From a virus, in the IMG/VR virus record IMGVR_UViG_3300009512_000010, positions 64,001 to 128,000 of that record: 64,000 bases of DNA, one strand, 5' to 3'. Position numbers and translations under genes: made by a program. The notes under the pieces were generated by a model that did not search any database, was not told the DNA's origin, and worked only from the letters and a program-made list of their open reading frames with translations. Below, piece by piece: positions 17,069-26,289 of the stretch; position 1 is the first letter of the stretch, and each line of letters begins with the position of its first letter.

Positions 17069-17763
17069 TAAACAATTCCTTTTAATACTTCGTAGGTATT
17101 TTCCCACGACTTTACTGCATGTACCACACTCTGTGGCCTACTACTTACCGCTACCGCAATATCATGGTCATTACCACCTAGCGCAGTCTTGTCTCCAAAG
17201 AAGACTATCTCTCCTTCAAAATCTGGTAGGATCTGAGCCTTACCACATCCTACAGGGGTGATATCCAATCCAGTGTCACCAGCTACTGTAGCTTGAATGT
17301 GACCCTTGAATCTATAGTTGAACTCGTCAGCAATTGCTTTACGTTCATTAGTCATCTCATCATACCAAACATAGTCTTGGCGTTGATAAGGTCCTGCACC
17401 ACGACCAACCACACTGAAGTTACACAACCCAGGACGGTGATCAAAATGCTTACCTGTCCTAACACTATACAACGATCCATGCAATCTGTCAAGCAAGAAC
17501 AGGTTGGCTTCGTTAGTCAGTTTCCAATCATTTGTTTTGATACCAACTCCCTTATTATAGACATCATTACCAGAACACTGATAGACTTTTAGTTTCTCCC
17601 ATAGGTCAAAGCCAATCTGATCTATGGTCATTTCCTTTGGAGATCCTGTGACCAATGTTGTATTATGGGTAGCAATCCAATTAGTAAAGAATTCTAGGAA
17701 CTCCTTATCCATCTTAGATCTACTAGGTGTAAGCGTTCCGTCTACGTCAAATATGTAATTCAT
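17068..17763 (-). CDS. HAD-IIB phosphomannomutase-like protein
   Basis: FDVDGTLT, VTGS, NFSVVGR, FFGDKTALGGNDHDI (eukaryotic-type PMM motifs). Confidence 0.8.
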   Translation of the reverse strand: MNYIFDVDGTLTPSRSKMDKEFLEFFTNWIATHNTTLVTGSPKEMTIDQIGFDLWEKLKVYQCSGNDVYNKGVGIKTNDWKLTNEANLFLLDRLHGSLYSVRTGKHFDHRPGLCNFSVVGRGAGPYQRQDYVWYDEMTNERKAIADEFNYRFKGHIQATVAGDTGLDITPVGCGKAQILPDFEGEIVFFGDKTALGGNDHDIAVAVSSRPQSVVHAVKSWENTYEVLKGIV

Positions 17764-20273
17764 ACAAAAAAGTCCTCTAATGTCATTGTGTCTTCGTGTC
17801 TCCAACCAATCGCAGATAAGATAGGCTCTAGGGGATCTAGGAACGTCTTCTCAAACTGCTTTTCATAATCGATGTACTTATGTAGAGCCATCTCTTGAGG
17901 TAGATATTGTGGAAACGCCAAAACGTTCTCTTTGAGTGGGTTGGGTAGACGCATGTATGCAAACTTGATCTTCTCGCCATTCTGGATTAACCCATAACGC
18001 TTGTTCAGCGAAAGACGTTTGATCTCGTTGTTATAAACCAACGCACCACGAACATGAATAGGACAACCTTTTGCATAAGGCTTATTCTTGTTCTGAGTGC
18101 TTGGAACTGCTACCCACTTATCGACATCGCTCACCCCACGAGGGAATGATACCGCTTCGGGTCCTAGAGTGTTAAACTCTTTACGGAATTCCGAAATGTA
18201 CTGTTGAGTTGTTTGCTCAGTACCGTTGATGATTACATGAAAGATCTCTTTAAGTTTGGTTCGAACTACCATAGGCGTAGAAGATTTGATAGCTTCAATA
18301 CCCATGATCTTAAGCTTAGGTTCTGTGTACTGCACACCTTCGTTGTTATGAACATTCAAGATGTACCGCTTCTTGGCAGTCCAAATACCACGGTCTGCAA
18401 TCGCTTCACGCTCCATGTCCATACGGTTTGTAAGGGCATTCATGTGAGTAAACAACTCGGCGTATGAAATCTCTAGCTTCTTAACAAAATGCTCTTCACA
18501 GATCTTATCCAATCCTTTGACAGGATCTTTGAGATCTAGCCTATTGACGAGATCAGCAAACGAGACATACAAAGAGTCAGTATCAATCGCAATCACATAG
18601 TCTTTATCTTTTGTTTTGAGAATAGAATTCATCTCTTTGTTTACGGCTTTCTCTGCCCATAGAATGGACAACTGACCAGACAACGTAATGCCTTCTGCCA
18701 AACGCAAATCGTAGTAACGGAAGTAGCGGTTGCCTAACGCACCATACAAAGAGTTCAATAGGATCTTAATAGCCATCTGTTGGTTCTCAAGGTTATTGAT
18801 CAACTTCTCATCTTCGATAGAGCCTGTCTTCTCGAAACGCTTCTTGGCTTCGATCATCTTACCCTTAACGGCTTTACGTTCCGCATAGTAATCTACAATG
18901 ATCTTTGGTAGGATGCCTTGCTTGTCTTTACGATATTGCGAACCGTTAGCCGCAACTGAATACTCGCTATTAGCTGGGGATCCATTCAAGTAACGTTCCA
19001 CACCACCTTCTACCATACCAGGCATTAGTGTCTCAGGTGACATGTTGTATTGGACAATCAGGTTAGGATAGAGTGACGCAAGGTCAAATGATACAACCCA
19101 ATCATGAGCACCAACCATAGGATCTTTAACATACCCACCCGGATATGACATCTTAGGGTGATCTTGAACAGGCGGAACAATGATATTGTCTTGAGCCAAC
19201 TTACGATAAATGATGCTATCCCAAATGGCTGTAGTGCCGAATGTGTCAGATACGTTCACACCACCACGATATGTCATAGTCAGAACTAGAGCAATCAAGC
19301 CCATCTTCTCATCAATACGCTCCACAACTTGAACATCACGGATGTTATAGTCGATGAACTTTTGATAGTCATTCTTGTACAACTCGTGCAATGATCCATG
19401 CTCTTCATAGGACAACTTGCGCTCACCTAAAACTGTGTGTGCAATATGGTCTAGGGCATAGGACTCTTGTGTGCCGTATGAGTAACCAAACTTCTTGAAC
19501 AACTCCATGTAGTCGGCTTGTTGGATACCAACCAAATCATAGTATTGGTGCTCACGCCCCATGATGGTCTTGTTACGGTCATTAACCATATTCCAAGGAG
19601 ACATCCGCTTAACTGCCGTAGGAGATCCGATACGAGCCAAACGATTAATCAAGTAAGGCACGTCAAAGAACTTGATGTTCCAACCTGTAATAATGTCAGG
19701 TGGGTTCTTCTCCCAATAGGTTAAGAACTTAGTAAGTAGTTCCTCTTCACTAGCACACTTGGTGTATTGTATGAGGTCACTGCCCATGTTCAATTCTGTC
19801 TTCTCATAGTCATAGTCACCAAGACCCCACACATGGTAGACTTGAGACTTACTTGATTTCAAAGCAATTGAGATAACAGGGAATAGCGCATCTTCTGGTT
19901 TAGGGAATCCTTCATCAGAAGCAACCTCAATATCAAAGTTTACTACGTTTACATGCTCTTTCTTGAACTTGATATCATTAGGGAAACGTTCAGTAACGAA
20001 CTGTGCAATGAAGTTGGTGTTACCATAGATCTTGAAAGACTCAAGATCCTTGTACTTGTCACGAAAGTCCATAGCCTCTTTCATAGATCCAAAGTTCATA
20101 GGAGCTAGAGGCCAACCATCTAAACCACGACAAGGTGGGTTATCACGATCTTGAGATGTAATGTATAGGGTTGGTTGGAACTTGATCCGCTTGGTAATCG
20201 CAGATCCATTATCGTTATAGCCACGATATAAGAGCGTGTTGCCGTATTTGTTGATAGACGTATAGAACGACAT
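17760..20273 (-). CDS. 43: Family B DNA polymerase gp43
   Basis: FDIEV exonuclease motif, SFDLASLYP, KILLNSLYGALGN, IDTDS, KKRY. Confidence 0.97.
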   Translation of the reverse strand: MSFYTSINKYGNTLLYRGYNDNGSAITKRIKFQPTLYITSQDRDNPPCRGLDGWPLAPMNFGSMKEAMDFRDKYKDLESFKIYGNTNFIAQFVTERFPNDIKFKKEHVNVVNFDIEVASDEGFPKPEDALFPVISIALKSSKSQVYHVWGLGDYDYEKTELNMGSDLIQYTKCASEEELLTKFLTYWEKNPPDIITGWNIKFFDVPYLINRLARIGSPTAVKRMSPWNMVNDRNKTIMGREHQYYDLVGIQQADYMELFKKFGYSYGTQESYALDHIAHTVLGERKLSYEEHGSLHELYKNDYQKFIDYNIRDVQVVERIDEKMGLIALVLTMTYRGGVNVSDTFGTTAIWDSIIYRKLAQDNIIVPPVQDHPKMSYPGGYVKDPMVGAHDWVVSFDLASLYPNLIVQYNMSPETLMPGMVEGGVERYLNGSPANSEYSVAANGSQYRKDKQGILPKIIVDYYAERKAVKGKMIEAKKRFEKTGSIEDEKLINNLENQQMAIKILLNSLYGALGNRYFRYYDLRLAEGITLSGQLSILWAEKAVNKEMNSILKTKDKDYVIAIDTDSLYVSFADLVNRLDLKDPVKGLDKICEEHFVKKLEISYAELFTHMNALTNRMDMEREAIADRGIWTAKKRYILNVHNNEGVQYTEPKLKIMGIEAIKSSTPMVVRTKLKEIFHVIINGTEQTTQQYISEFRKEFNTLGPEAVSFPRGVSDVDKWVAVPSTQNKNKPYAKGCPIHVRGALVYNNEIKRLSLNKRYGLIQNGEKIKFAYMRLPNPLKENVLAFPQYLPQEMALHKYIDYEKQFEKTFLDPLEPILSAIGWRHEDTMTLEDFFV

Positions 20274-20299
20274 ATTTACTCCTTCAAGTTTGTTAGCTC

Positions 20300-20328
20300 A
20301 TTATAATACAAATGTGGGATAATGTCAA
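20300..20328 (-). promoter_or_regulatory. Sigma70-type promoter of gp43
   Basis: Perfect TTGACA-17-TATAAT. Confidence 0.85.
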
Positions 20329-20340
20329 ACCCCAAATGGT

Positions 20341-20367
20341 AAAAGGGGGCAATTAATGCCCCCCTTT
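20341..20367 (-). terminator. Intrinsic terminator
   Basis: AAAGGGGGC-AATTAAT-GCCCCCTTT hairpin with A/T tails on both sides. Confidence 0.8.
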
Positions 20368-20371
20368 ATAT

Positions 20372-20542
20372 TTAAAGATCTTTGGTATCTGTCATCATTA
20401 GATACTTAGCTTCTTCATGGTAGCCCATTCTAGCCAATTCGGATGCGGCACGAGCCTTACCTACGGATAGAAAGAAGCTGTTAAATCCGCTAAACAACCC
20501 ACTAAGTGGTGCGTTAACGTAGTTCAAGATTGCAGTAGCCAT
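20372..20542 (-). CDS. Small hypothetical protein (56 aa), absent from the ORF track
   Basis: MATAILNYVNAPLSGLFSGFNSFFLSVGKARAASELARMGYHEEAKYLMMTDTKDL*; TAATG-coupled to the DUF1127 gene and ending just before the terminator. Confidence 0.7.
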   Translation of the reverse strand: MATAILNYVNAPLSGLFSGFNSFFLSVGKARAASELARMGYHEEAKYLMMTDTKDL

Positions 20543-20823
20543 TACACTGAACCTTTCAAGTTAGGATTTACTTCTTTGATGAATTCATCGCTAAAGTTAA
20601 TTCGTTCACTTAAATGTCCTACACTGCCATTGGCAATGCTGTAAATGTCACCTCTACATAGACCGATATCATTTAGGTCTTTTGTAGATAGTTTGTTCAA
20701 CTCTTTAATAGTTTCACGAACTAATGATGCATGTCTGTGGTGTGCATAAAGCGATCTGAACGCTTCAAAGATTGTTTCGATTGCCCGAACCGAAAAGCTA
20801 TGGGCTGTTAGTATGTGTTGCAT
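20542..20823 (-). CDS. DUF1127 (YjiS-like) small protein
   Basis: RETIKELNKLSTKDLNDIGLCRGDI matches the DUF1127 pattern; start refined to ATG 20823 after GAGGA. Confidence 0.8.
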   Translation of the reverse strand: MQHILTAHSFSVRAIETIFEAFRSLYAHHRHASLVRETIKELNKLSTKDLNDIGLCRGDIYSIANGSVGHLSERINFSDEFIKEVNPNLKGSV

Positions 20824-21259
20824 TGTTAGGTTTATCCTCTGAACCAATATTGATTTTTCGAGGACGCTGATCTTCTGGGACGAGAAAGTTCAATTTAATT
20901 GCTAGAATACCGTCTTGAATATCTGCTCCGTGCACTTGCACGTGTTCTGATAGCCTAAAGGTGCGTTTGAACTTCTTCGTGGAAATACCACGATGAACGT
21001 ATTCACGACCCTTACTTTTGTGTTCTCCAGTAACAGTTAATGTCCGTTCATGCAACTCAATGTCGATACCCTCTTTACTGAAACCTGCGACTGCTAACTC
21101 AATTAGATAGTCACTCTCAGATGTCTTGAGGATATTGTGAGGTGGATAATGATCATGGGCATGTTTAGTAACATGATCCAATTCTTTAAAAAGGTGATCA
21201 AAGCCCACGAATGCGGCGGATGGAAATAGCCCTGTGGCTGTAGTGTGTTTGCTTATCAT
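20798..21259 (-). CDS. Small heat-shock protein Hsp20 (IbpA-like)
   Basis: GFDHLF, YPPHNI, IELAVAGF, YVHRGIS...FKRTFRL, DGIL, RPRKINI. Confidence 0.93.
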   Translation of the reverse strand: MISKHTTATGLFPSAAFVGFDHLFKELDHVTKHAHDHYPPHNILKTSESDYLIELAVAGFSKEGIDIELHERTLTVTGEHKSKGREYVHRGISTKKFKRTFRLSEHVQVHGADIQDGILAIKLNFLVPEDQRPRKINIGSEDKPNNATHTNSP

Positions 21260-21265
21260 AATGGT

Positions 21266-21284
21266 TTCTCCTGTAAAGCAAGAA
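21266..21284 (-). promoter_or_regulatory. ROSE-like RNA thermometer hairpin masking the hsp20 SD
   Basis: UUCUUGCU-UUAC-AGGAGAA: UUGCU pairs with AGGA leaving a bulged G. Confidence 0.65.
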
Positions 21285-21341
21285 TAGGTTAATAGCCAGA
21301 GTAATTCTGCACTACGCCCTTATTTAGTCATTTAATGTCTT

Positions 21342-21758
21342 CTACTTGTTACCTATGTTGTACTTGGGACATAGTTCCCACTTCACCTTCTCTTTGAAGG
21401 GAATGATTTTAATCTGTCTTAATGGGGCTAGAGGCTCTATATTCTGACCAGACACGATTGATACTAATCCCCAATCGGACATCAGTGTTGTAATGGTATT
21501 TCGTCTAGCGAGATCGTTCTCTTCCAAGTTTGATTTCTTACCATCCAGTAAGAAGAGTTCTTTGAAGTGTACGATAAAGTATCTACCCTGTTTGTGTAGG
21601 ATATGACAGGACTGAAACAGCTTGTTATCTTTCCTACTTGCCACACCGATACGAGTCAATGTCTCCCTAATCTTAAGGAAATCATCTGGTTCATTTAGAG
21701 TAATCTCAAGCATATGCTTGGGAGTCCACTCCACAATCTTAGTTTCTTCTTTTTCCAC
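21342..21758 (-). CDS. regA: Translational repressor RegA
   Basis: DDFLKIRETLTRIGVAS, QSCHILHKQGRYFIVHFKELF. Confidence 0.96.
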   Translation of the reverse strand: MEKEETKIVEWTPKHMLEITLNEPDDFLKIRETLTRIGVASRKDNKLFQSCHILHKQGRYFIVHFKELFLLDGKKSNLEENDLARRNTITTLMSDWGLVSIVSGQNIEPLAPLRQIKIIPFKEKVKWELCPKYNIGNK

Positions 21759-22134
21759 CCTTATTCACCTTATTCTTAATTATCGTTAATTGCTCAGGTG
21801 ACAATAGAGCCAAAGTTTGTAGGGCGATTCTGTTACTATACCCATAATATTCCTTGACAGCTTCAATATCACTTTCAGTAGACGCCTTAGTCCACTTAGA
21901 AAAGCGTTTTCTTTTCCTTACTATATTTATAAGAAATTGGAACTGTAGTTTGCTGTCGAGGTGGTGGTTAATGTTCATTTCATTAGCCACCGCTACTGTG
22001 TCTGGAAAGTAACTTAATGATCTGTTGATCATAAAAGCGGAATATGACTTCTCGGTCATATCATCTATCATGATGTCCTTCTTACTTGAGTTGATTGCGT
22101 TGAGCCAATCGAATGGACTTAATCCTTTACTCAT
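21739..22134 (-). CDS. 62: Clamp loader small subunit gp62
   Basis: FMINRSLS, RKRKRFSKW, VKEYYGYS; synteny. Confidence 0.9.
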   Translation of the reverse strand: MSKGLSPFDWLNAINSSKKDIMIDDMTEKSYSAFMINRSLSYFPDTVAVANEMNINHHLDSKLQFQFLINIVRKRKRFSKWTKASTESDIEAVKEYYGYSNRIALQTLALLSPEQLTIIKNKVNKGGKRRN

Positions 22135-22379
22135 TCGATACCACCATCAATGTTAGGCCACTCAATACGCTCAATACGACTTTCGAGATTGCTTCTATCA
22201 AGATCCGTAGAAGATCCTAGCTGTACGTCTCTGCCCTTGTAATACAATTGTGGATAGGTGGAATGGCCTTTTGGTAATGGCTCATTATTAACCGTTTCAT
22301 ATTCTAACTCCCAATCATCAAGCTTCTCTTTGAGAAAATGACAATAAACGCATTTATCTTTGGTGTATAATACTAGCAT
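22131..22379 (-). CDS. Glutaredoxin-like protein
   Basis: YTKDKCVYC, TYPQL. Confidence 0.75.
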   Translation of the reverse strand: MLVLYTKDKCVYCHFLKEKLDDWELEYETVNNEPLPKGHSTYPQLYYKGRDVQLGSSTDLDRSNLESRIERIEWPNIDGGIE

Positions 22380-23317
22380 TAGACAAACTCCACGTTAGCC
22401 ATGATCTCAGTCATACAAGCCACAACGTTTAGCTCATGATCTGCGACAAATGCATTCTTATATTGATAATCTGCTAGGATTAGAACTAGTTGAGGAATTG
22501 ACTGTGGGGAAACCTTTTCACCCATAGCATCGTAGATACCACGAAAGATAGCAGAAGCATCAACATCAATGTTGTTGACAACCCATGTACGCATCTTCTT
22601 AAAGTTCTTATCTTTAAGATGTCCTAAGAGATCATTATACTGACTACTAGTGCCCACCATCCGATTACTAATAACCAAGTGCCCACTCGTTCCAGAACGT
22701 TGTGCTTCGTTAAGAATCCTTCGCCAGTCGGGGGCGTGTTTAAGGATGATCTCTGCCGCATCTTTTGTTTCATAGGTTACACCTTCTGAATTAAGAATTG
22801 TGCCAAGACGACCTAAGAAACCTTCAGCTAGAGTAGCCATCTGCTTCTTAGACGTGTTGAATTCATAGACGCCACACCGTGAGTGGAGTGGTTCGATAAT
22901 ACGGTTCTTGAAGTTACATGTCAGGATAAACCGACAATTGTTCGAGAACTCTTCAATAAAGCCACGCAATGCTGGTTGCGTAGACTGTGGATTTAGATAG
23001 TCAGCCTCATCAAGGATAACCACCTTGTAGCCACCTTGCAATGATACAGACGAAGCAAACTGCTTAATCTTACCACGCAAGGTGTCAATGTTACCTTCTT
23101 CGGATCCATTAACTAAAATGTAATCCAAGTCTAGTTCATTACATAGTGCTTTGGCTACGGTTGTCTTTCCAAGTCCCGCTGTACCAGTGAATAGCATATT
23201 AGGCACTTCACCAGAGTCAACGATACCTTGGAAAGTATCTTTCAAATCTTTAGGCAAGATAGTATCTTTAATAGTCTTTGGGCGATACTTCTCTACCCAT
23301 AAAAAGTCTTTAGACAT
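22379..23317 (-). CDS. 44: Clamp loader large subunit gp44
   Basis: LWVEKYRP, GTAGLGKTT, ILDEAD, LHSRC. Confidence 0.95.
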   Translation of the reverse strand: MSKDFLWVEKYRPKTIKDTILPKDLKDTFQGIVDSGEVPNMLFTGTAGLGKTTVAKALCNELDLDYILVNGSEEGNIDTLRGKIKQFASSVSLQGGYKVVILDEADYLNPQSTQPALRGFIEEFSNNCRFILTCNFKNRIIEPLHSRCGVYEFNTSKKQMATLAEGFLGRLGTILNSEGVTYETKDAAEIILKHAPDWRRILNEAQRSGTSGHLVISNRMVGTSSQYNDLLGHLKDKNFKKMRTWVVNNIDVDASAIFRGIYDAMGEKVSPQSIPQLVLILADYQYKNAFVADHELNVVACMTEIMANVEFV

Positions 23318-23344
23318 TCACGTTCTCCATGATCAAGTTAATTC

Positions 23345-23373
23345 ATTATATAGTATATTGGAGTGGTTGTAAA
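23345..23373 (-). promoter_or_regulatory. Sigma70-type promoter of gp44
   Basis: TTTACA-17-TATAAT. Confidence 0.7.
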
Positions 23374-23381
23374 CCTCTAGT

Positions 23382-23606
23382 TTACGACTTGCTTCCCTTC
23401 GCTTCATATGCTTCAGACAAAGAGATAGCTTGAATGGATTGGTCACGCAATGTGCCAATTGTAGAAAGCTCTTCTCCACGAAATCCACCACGTTGTACAA
23501 TAGCGTCAATAACTGCGACTGTACTGCGTCCGATTTGAGCCATCAGACTATATGCCTGAGCATGCTCGTCTGTCGTAGGGGTTGGGGTAGGTGTATTCTT
23601 GCTCAT
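23382..23606 (-). CDS. Hypothetical protein
   Basis: 74-aa ORF between gp45 and gp44 (IDAIVQRGGFRGEEL). Confidence 0.65.
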   Translation of the reverse strand: MSKNTPTPTPTTDEHAQAYSLMAQIGRSTVAVIDAIVQRGGFRGEELSTIGTLRDQSIQAISLSEAYEAKGSKS

Positions 23607-23609
23607 AAT

Positions 23610-24290
23610 TTAAGCTCCGTATGTTGATGATTTTTCGAATGCAATCCAGTAAGAGATGCCAAGTTCGGCACAACTGAATAGTGAGATGTTCTTTGATGAG
23701 ATAGAAACTTCATAATTACCTGGAATCAGTTTAAGATTAGCAATTGTTACAATGAAGTTAAATGTCGCAGTAGTGTCAAAGTCACCAACTACGTCGATAG
23801 AGTATACATTAGAAGTGGCATTCTTACTATCAACAACAGACAACGTAAGCACACCATCACTGCCTGTAATGGATAACTCTGTATGTCCTAGTGCGGATGC
23901 GGCTCGTTTAACACGACCTAGAGTGTCAGCATCTAATGTGAAGTTTACGTCACTTGTTGGCATTACCACATTCTTACGTGGTTTAGTCAACATCTCAGGA
24001 TCTGAATAGAAATACTTGATCTTACTTCTACCAGAAGAATCACTAACGGTAAGATAGTCGTCAGAGAAATCTAGATTGGGAGTATCAACTAAGGACAACA
24101 CCCCAAGGAATGAGTTCAAGTCATATACACCGAATGTAGTCGGAAAGTCTTCAACAATTTGTGCTGATGACAAGATATTAGTGGCTTCCGAAATTGTTCG
24201 GACAGTGTTACCCTTCTCAATGACCATGTTGGAATTGATACCAGCATAGTTCTTAAGGATTGATAGCGTGTTTTCAGATAGTTCCATCAT
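23610..24290 (-). CDS. 45: Sliding clamp gp45
   Basis: LSENTLSILKNYAGIN, FGVYDLNSFL, NLKLIPGNY, YWIAFE. Confidence 0.93.
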   Translation of the reverse strand: MMELSENTLSILKNYAGINSNMVIEKGNTVRTISEATNILSSAQIVEDFPTTFGVYDLNSFLGVLSLVDTPNLDFSDDYLTVSDSSGRSKIKYFYSDPEMLTKPRKNVVMPTSDVNFTLDADTLGRVKRAASALGHTELSITGSDGVLTLSVVDSKNATSNVYSIDVVGDFDTTATFNFIVTIANLKLIPGNYEVSISSKNISLFSCAELGISYWIAFEKSSTYGA

Positions 24291-24316
24291 ATGGCTCCAT
24301 AGTTATAATGTAAATT

Positions 24317-24345
24317 AGTATAGCTCAGTTAGAACTATATGTCAA
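24317..24345 (-). promoter_or_regulatory. Sigma70-type promoter of gp45
   Basis: TTGACA-17-TATACT. Confidence 0.75.
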
Positions 24346-24349
24346 GTAG

Positions 24350-26065
24350 TTACTTCATCTTACTGAAGTTTTTGTCCTTAAAGAAGGTTAGCTTCTTATC
24401 GAACTTTCCGTCTAAGATCTCTCCTTTATGTGAGATTACAAATACGTTTGTTTCATCTCCCAAACTATATATGATCTTCATTAGATTGTCAACCCCATCA
24501 TGATCCAATGACGAGTCAAATGTTTCGTCAAGGATTAATAGGTTAGTGGATATTGAATTCTTCATCTTAGCAATCATGCGCCAAGTGAATAGTAGTGCTA
24601 GATCGATGCGTTGCTTCTCGCCTTCTGAGAATGAATCGTATGAGAATGTGTCACGATGACGTGATCTGATAGTCTCACTGAAGTTCTCATCCAGATTAAA
24701 GTGCACAAAGAAGTCTAGAATTTGTAGGTACTTATTCACCAAGTTATTGATGACAGGCAAATACTGTTTAATGATCTTAGTCTTGATGCCTGTGTCTTTA
24801 AGCATCTCACTCATAGCAATGTTGTATGCCAATGTCTCATTATCTGTAAGACGAGTTTCGAATGCGGTTTCACGCTCTTCTTGTAGATCTACAAGGTTGT
24901 TGCGCTCCTTAGAGATGTCGCCATCTTTACCACGAATAGCTTCCATTTTATCTTGGAGATCTTTGATGTGAGACTGTAGTCTAGCTATCTCCCTATTGTT
25001 AGCATTAGTGTCATTTGTTTTCGAAGCAATTATCTGTACCTTTTCATTTAATACATTCAGCCTATCCTCAATGGTACGTGCTTCACTATTAGCCTTAGTC
25101 AATCCCTTTTTAAGTTCAACCGCACGGCTCTTAGCCTTTTTAAGCTTCTGCCCCTTAAGATCTTCGGTGATGCCCTGTTCACATGTAGGGCAGTTATCAT
25201 TAGTATCAAAGAACTGCGCTTCAGCGACCACCGTACTAATCTGTTGAGTAATAGTCGCTTGGAAATGTAACAGTGATGTCTTATTGTTGTTAGTAGTGGA
25301 TAGACCATCAGATAGGCCATCAGATAGGGATTCTATCTCAAGACCAATAGATTCATTCTCTTCTTGCAATTGACGAATAGTTTCACGAGACATATCAACT
25401 TGCTCTTCACTATCGCTAATTTGTTCACCGCTTAGGTTCTCAACCTCTCGAATATACTTCTTCTGTAGGTCAATCTTCTCTTGGTATAGATCAATTTGGT
25501 ATGTAGTCTCACGAATGTTCTCTTTGAGTTCAGAGTTCTTCTCTTTAACCAATCCGTTCATCTTAGAGAATACACCAATGTCCAAGAGATCCTCAATCAC
25601 CTCACGACGATGTGCCGAAGACAACTGCATGAATGGTACGAATGATGACGAACCAAGCACAACGATTTGATGGAATGATTTGTGATTAAGCTTTAAGATG
25701 TTCTGTTCTAAGATCCGTTGGTAATCACGTGCATGTGATGACTGGTTGATCATACCACCATCTTTGTAGATTTCAAATTTAGTAGGCTTAATACCACGCA
25801 CAACCCTAAAGTCGGTCTGCCCAATAGAGAACTCTACCTCAACGATACAATCCTTCTTGTTTATTGAGTTGACTAACTGTCCCTTTGAAATGCTACGATG
25901 TGGTTTTCCGAATAGAGCAAGTGAGATACCGTCTAACATAGTAGACTTACCTGCGCCATTATGACCAAGGACAAGTGTGGACTTAGTATCAGTAAAGTCT
26001 ATCGTAGTCCAAGTGTTCCCAGACGATAGTAAGTTCTTATACTTAAGAGTTTTGAATACAATCAT
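24350..26065 (-). CDS. 46: Recombination nuclease ATPase subunit gp46 (Rad50/SbcC-like)
   Basis: GHNGAGKST, CPTC zinc hook, FSEGEKQRIDL, LILDE. Confidence 0.95.
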   Translation of the reverse strand: MIVFKTLKYKNLLSSGNTWTTIDFTDTKSTLVLGHNGAGKSTMLDGISLALFGKPHRSISKGQLVNSINKKDCIVEVEFSIGQTDFRVVRGIKPTKFEIYKDGGMINQSSHARDYQRILEQNILKLNHKSFHQIVVLGSSSFVPFMQLSSAHRREVIEDLLDIGVFSKMNGLVKEKNSELKENIRETTYQIDLYQEKIDLQKKYIREVENLSGEQISDSEEQVDMSRETIRQLQEENESIGLEIESLSDGLSDGLSTTNNNKTSLLHFQATITQQISTVVAEAQFFDTNDNCPTCEQGITEDLKGQKLKKAKSRAVELKKGLTKANSEARTIEDRLNVLNEKVQIIASKTNDTNANNREIARLQSHIKDLQDKMEAIRGKDGDISKERNNLVDLQEERETAFETRLTDNETLAYNIAMSEMLKDTGIKTKIIKQYLPVINNLVNKYLQILDFFVHFNLDENFSETIRSRHRDTFSYDSFSEGEKQRIDLALLFTWRMIAKMKNSISTNLLILDETFDSSLDHDGVDNLMKIIYSLGDETNVFVISHKGEILDGKFDKKLTFFKDKNFSKMK

Positions 26066-26289
26066 GCTACACCTATCATCTCAACGTCTGCTTCGGTTTC
26101 AATCCACAGTTTAGCACCACACGGTCTAGGGGAGTCGGGACGGTAAACCATCTTTGAAGATCCCTTGATATCAACTTCCATACAGTATGTGATATCACGA
26201 CCCTGTTCTACTCGAACCACAGGCTTACTCTCATCACGTTTGTTATTACGCTGAATGATGTTCCTGTTAATGTGTATAATAGTTGTCAT
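26062..26289 (-). CDS. Hypothetical protein
   Basis: 75-aa ORF coupled between gp47 and gp46. Confidence 0.65.
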   Translation of the reverse strand: MTTIIHINRNIIQRNNKRDESKPVVRVEQGRDITYCMEVDIKGSSKMVYRPDSPRPCGAKLWIETEADVEMIGVA

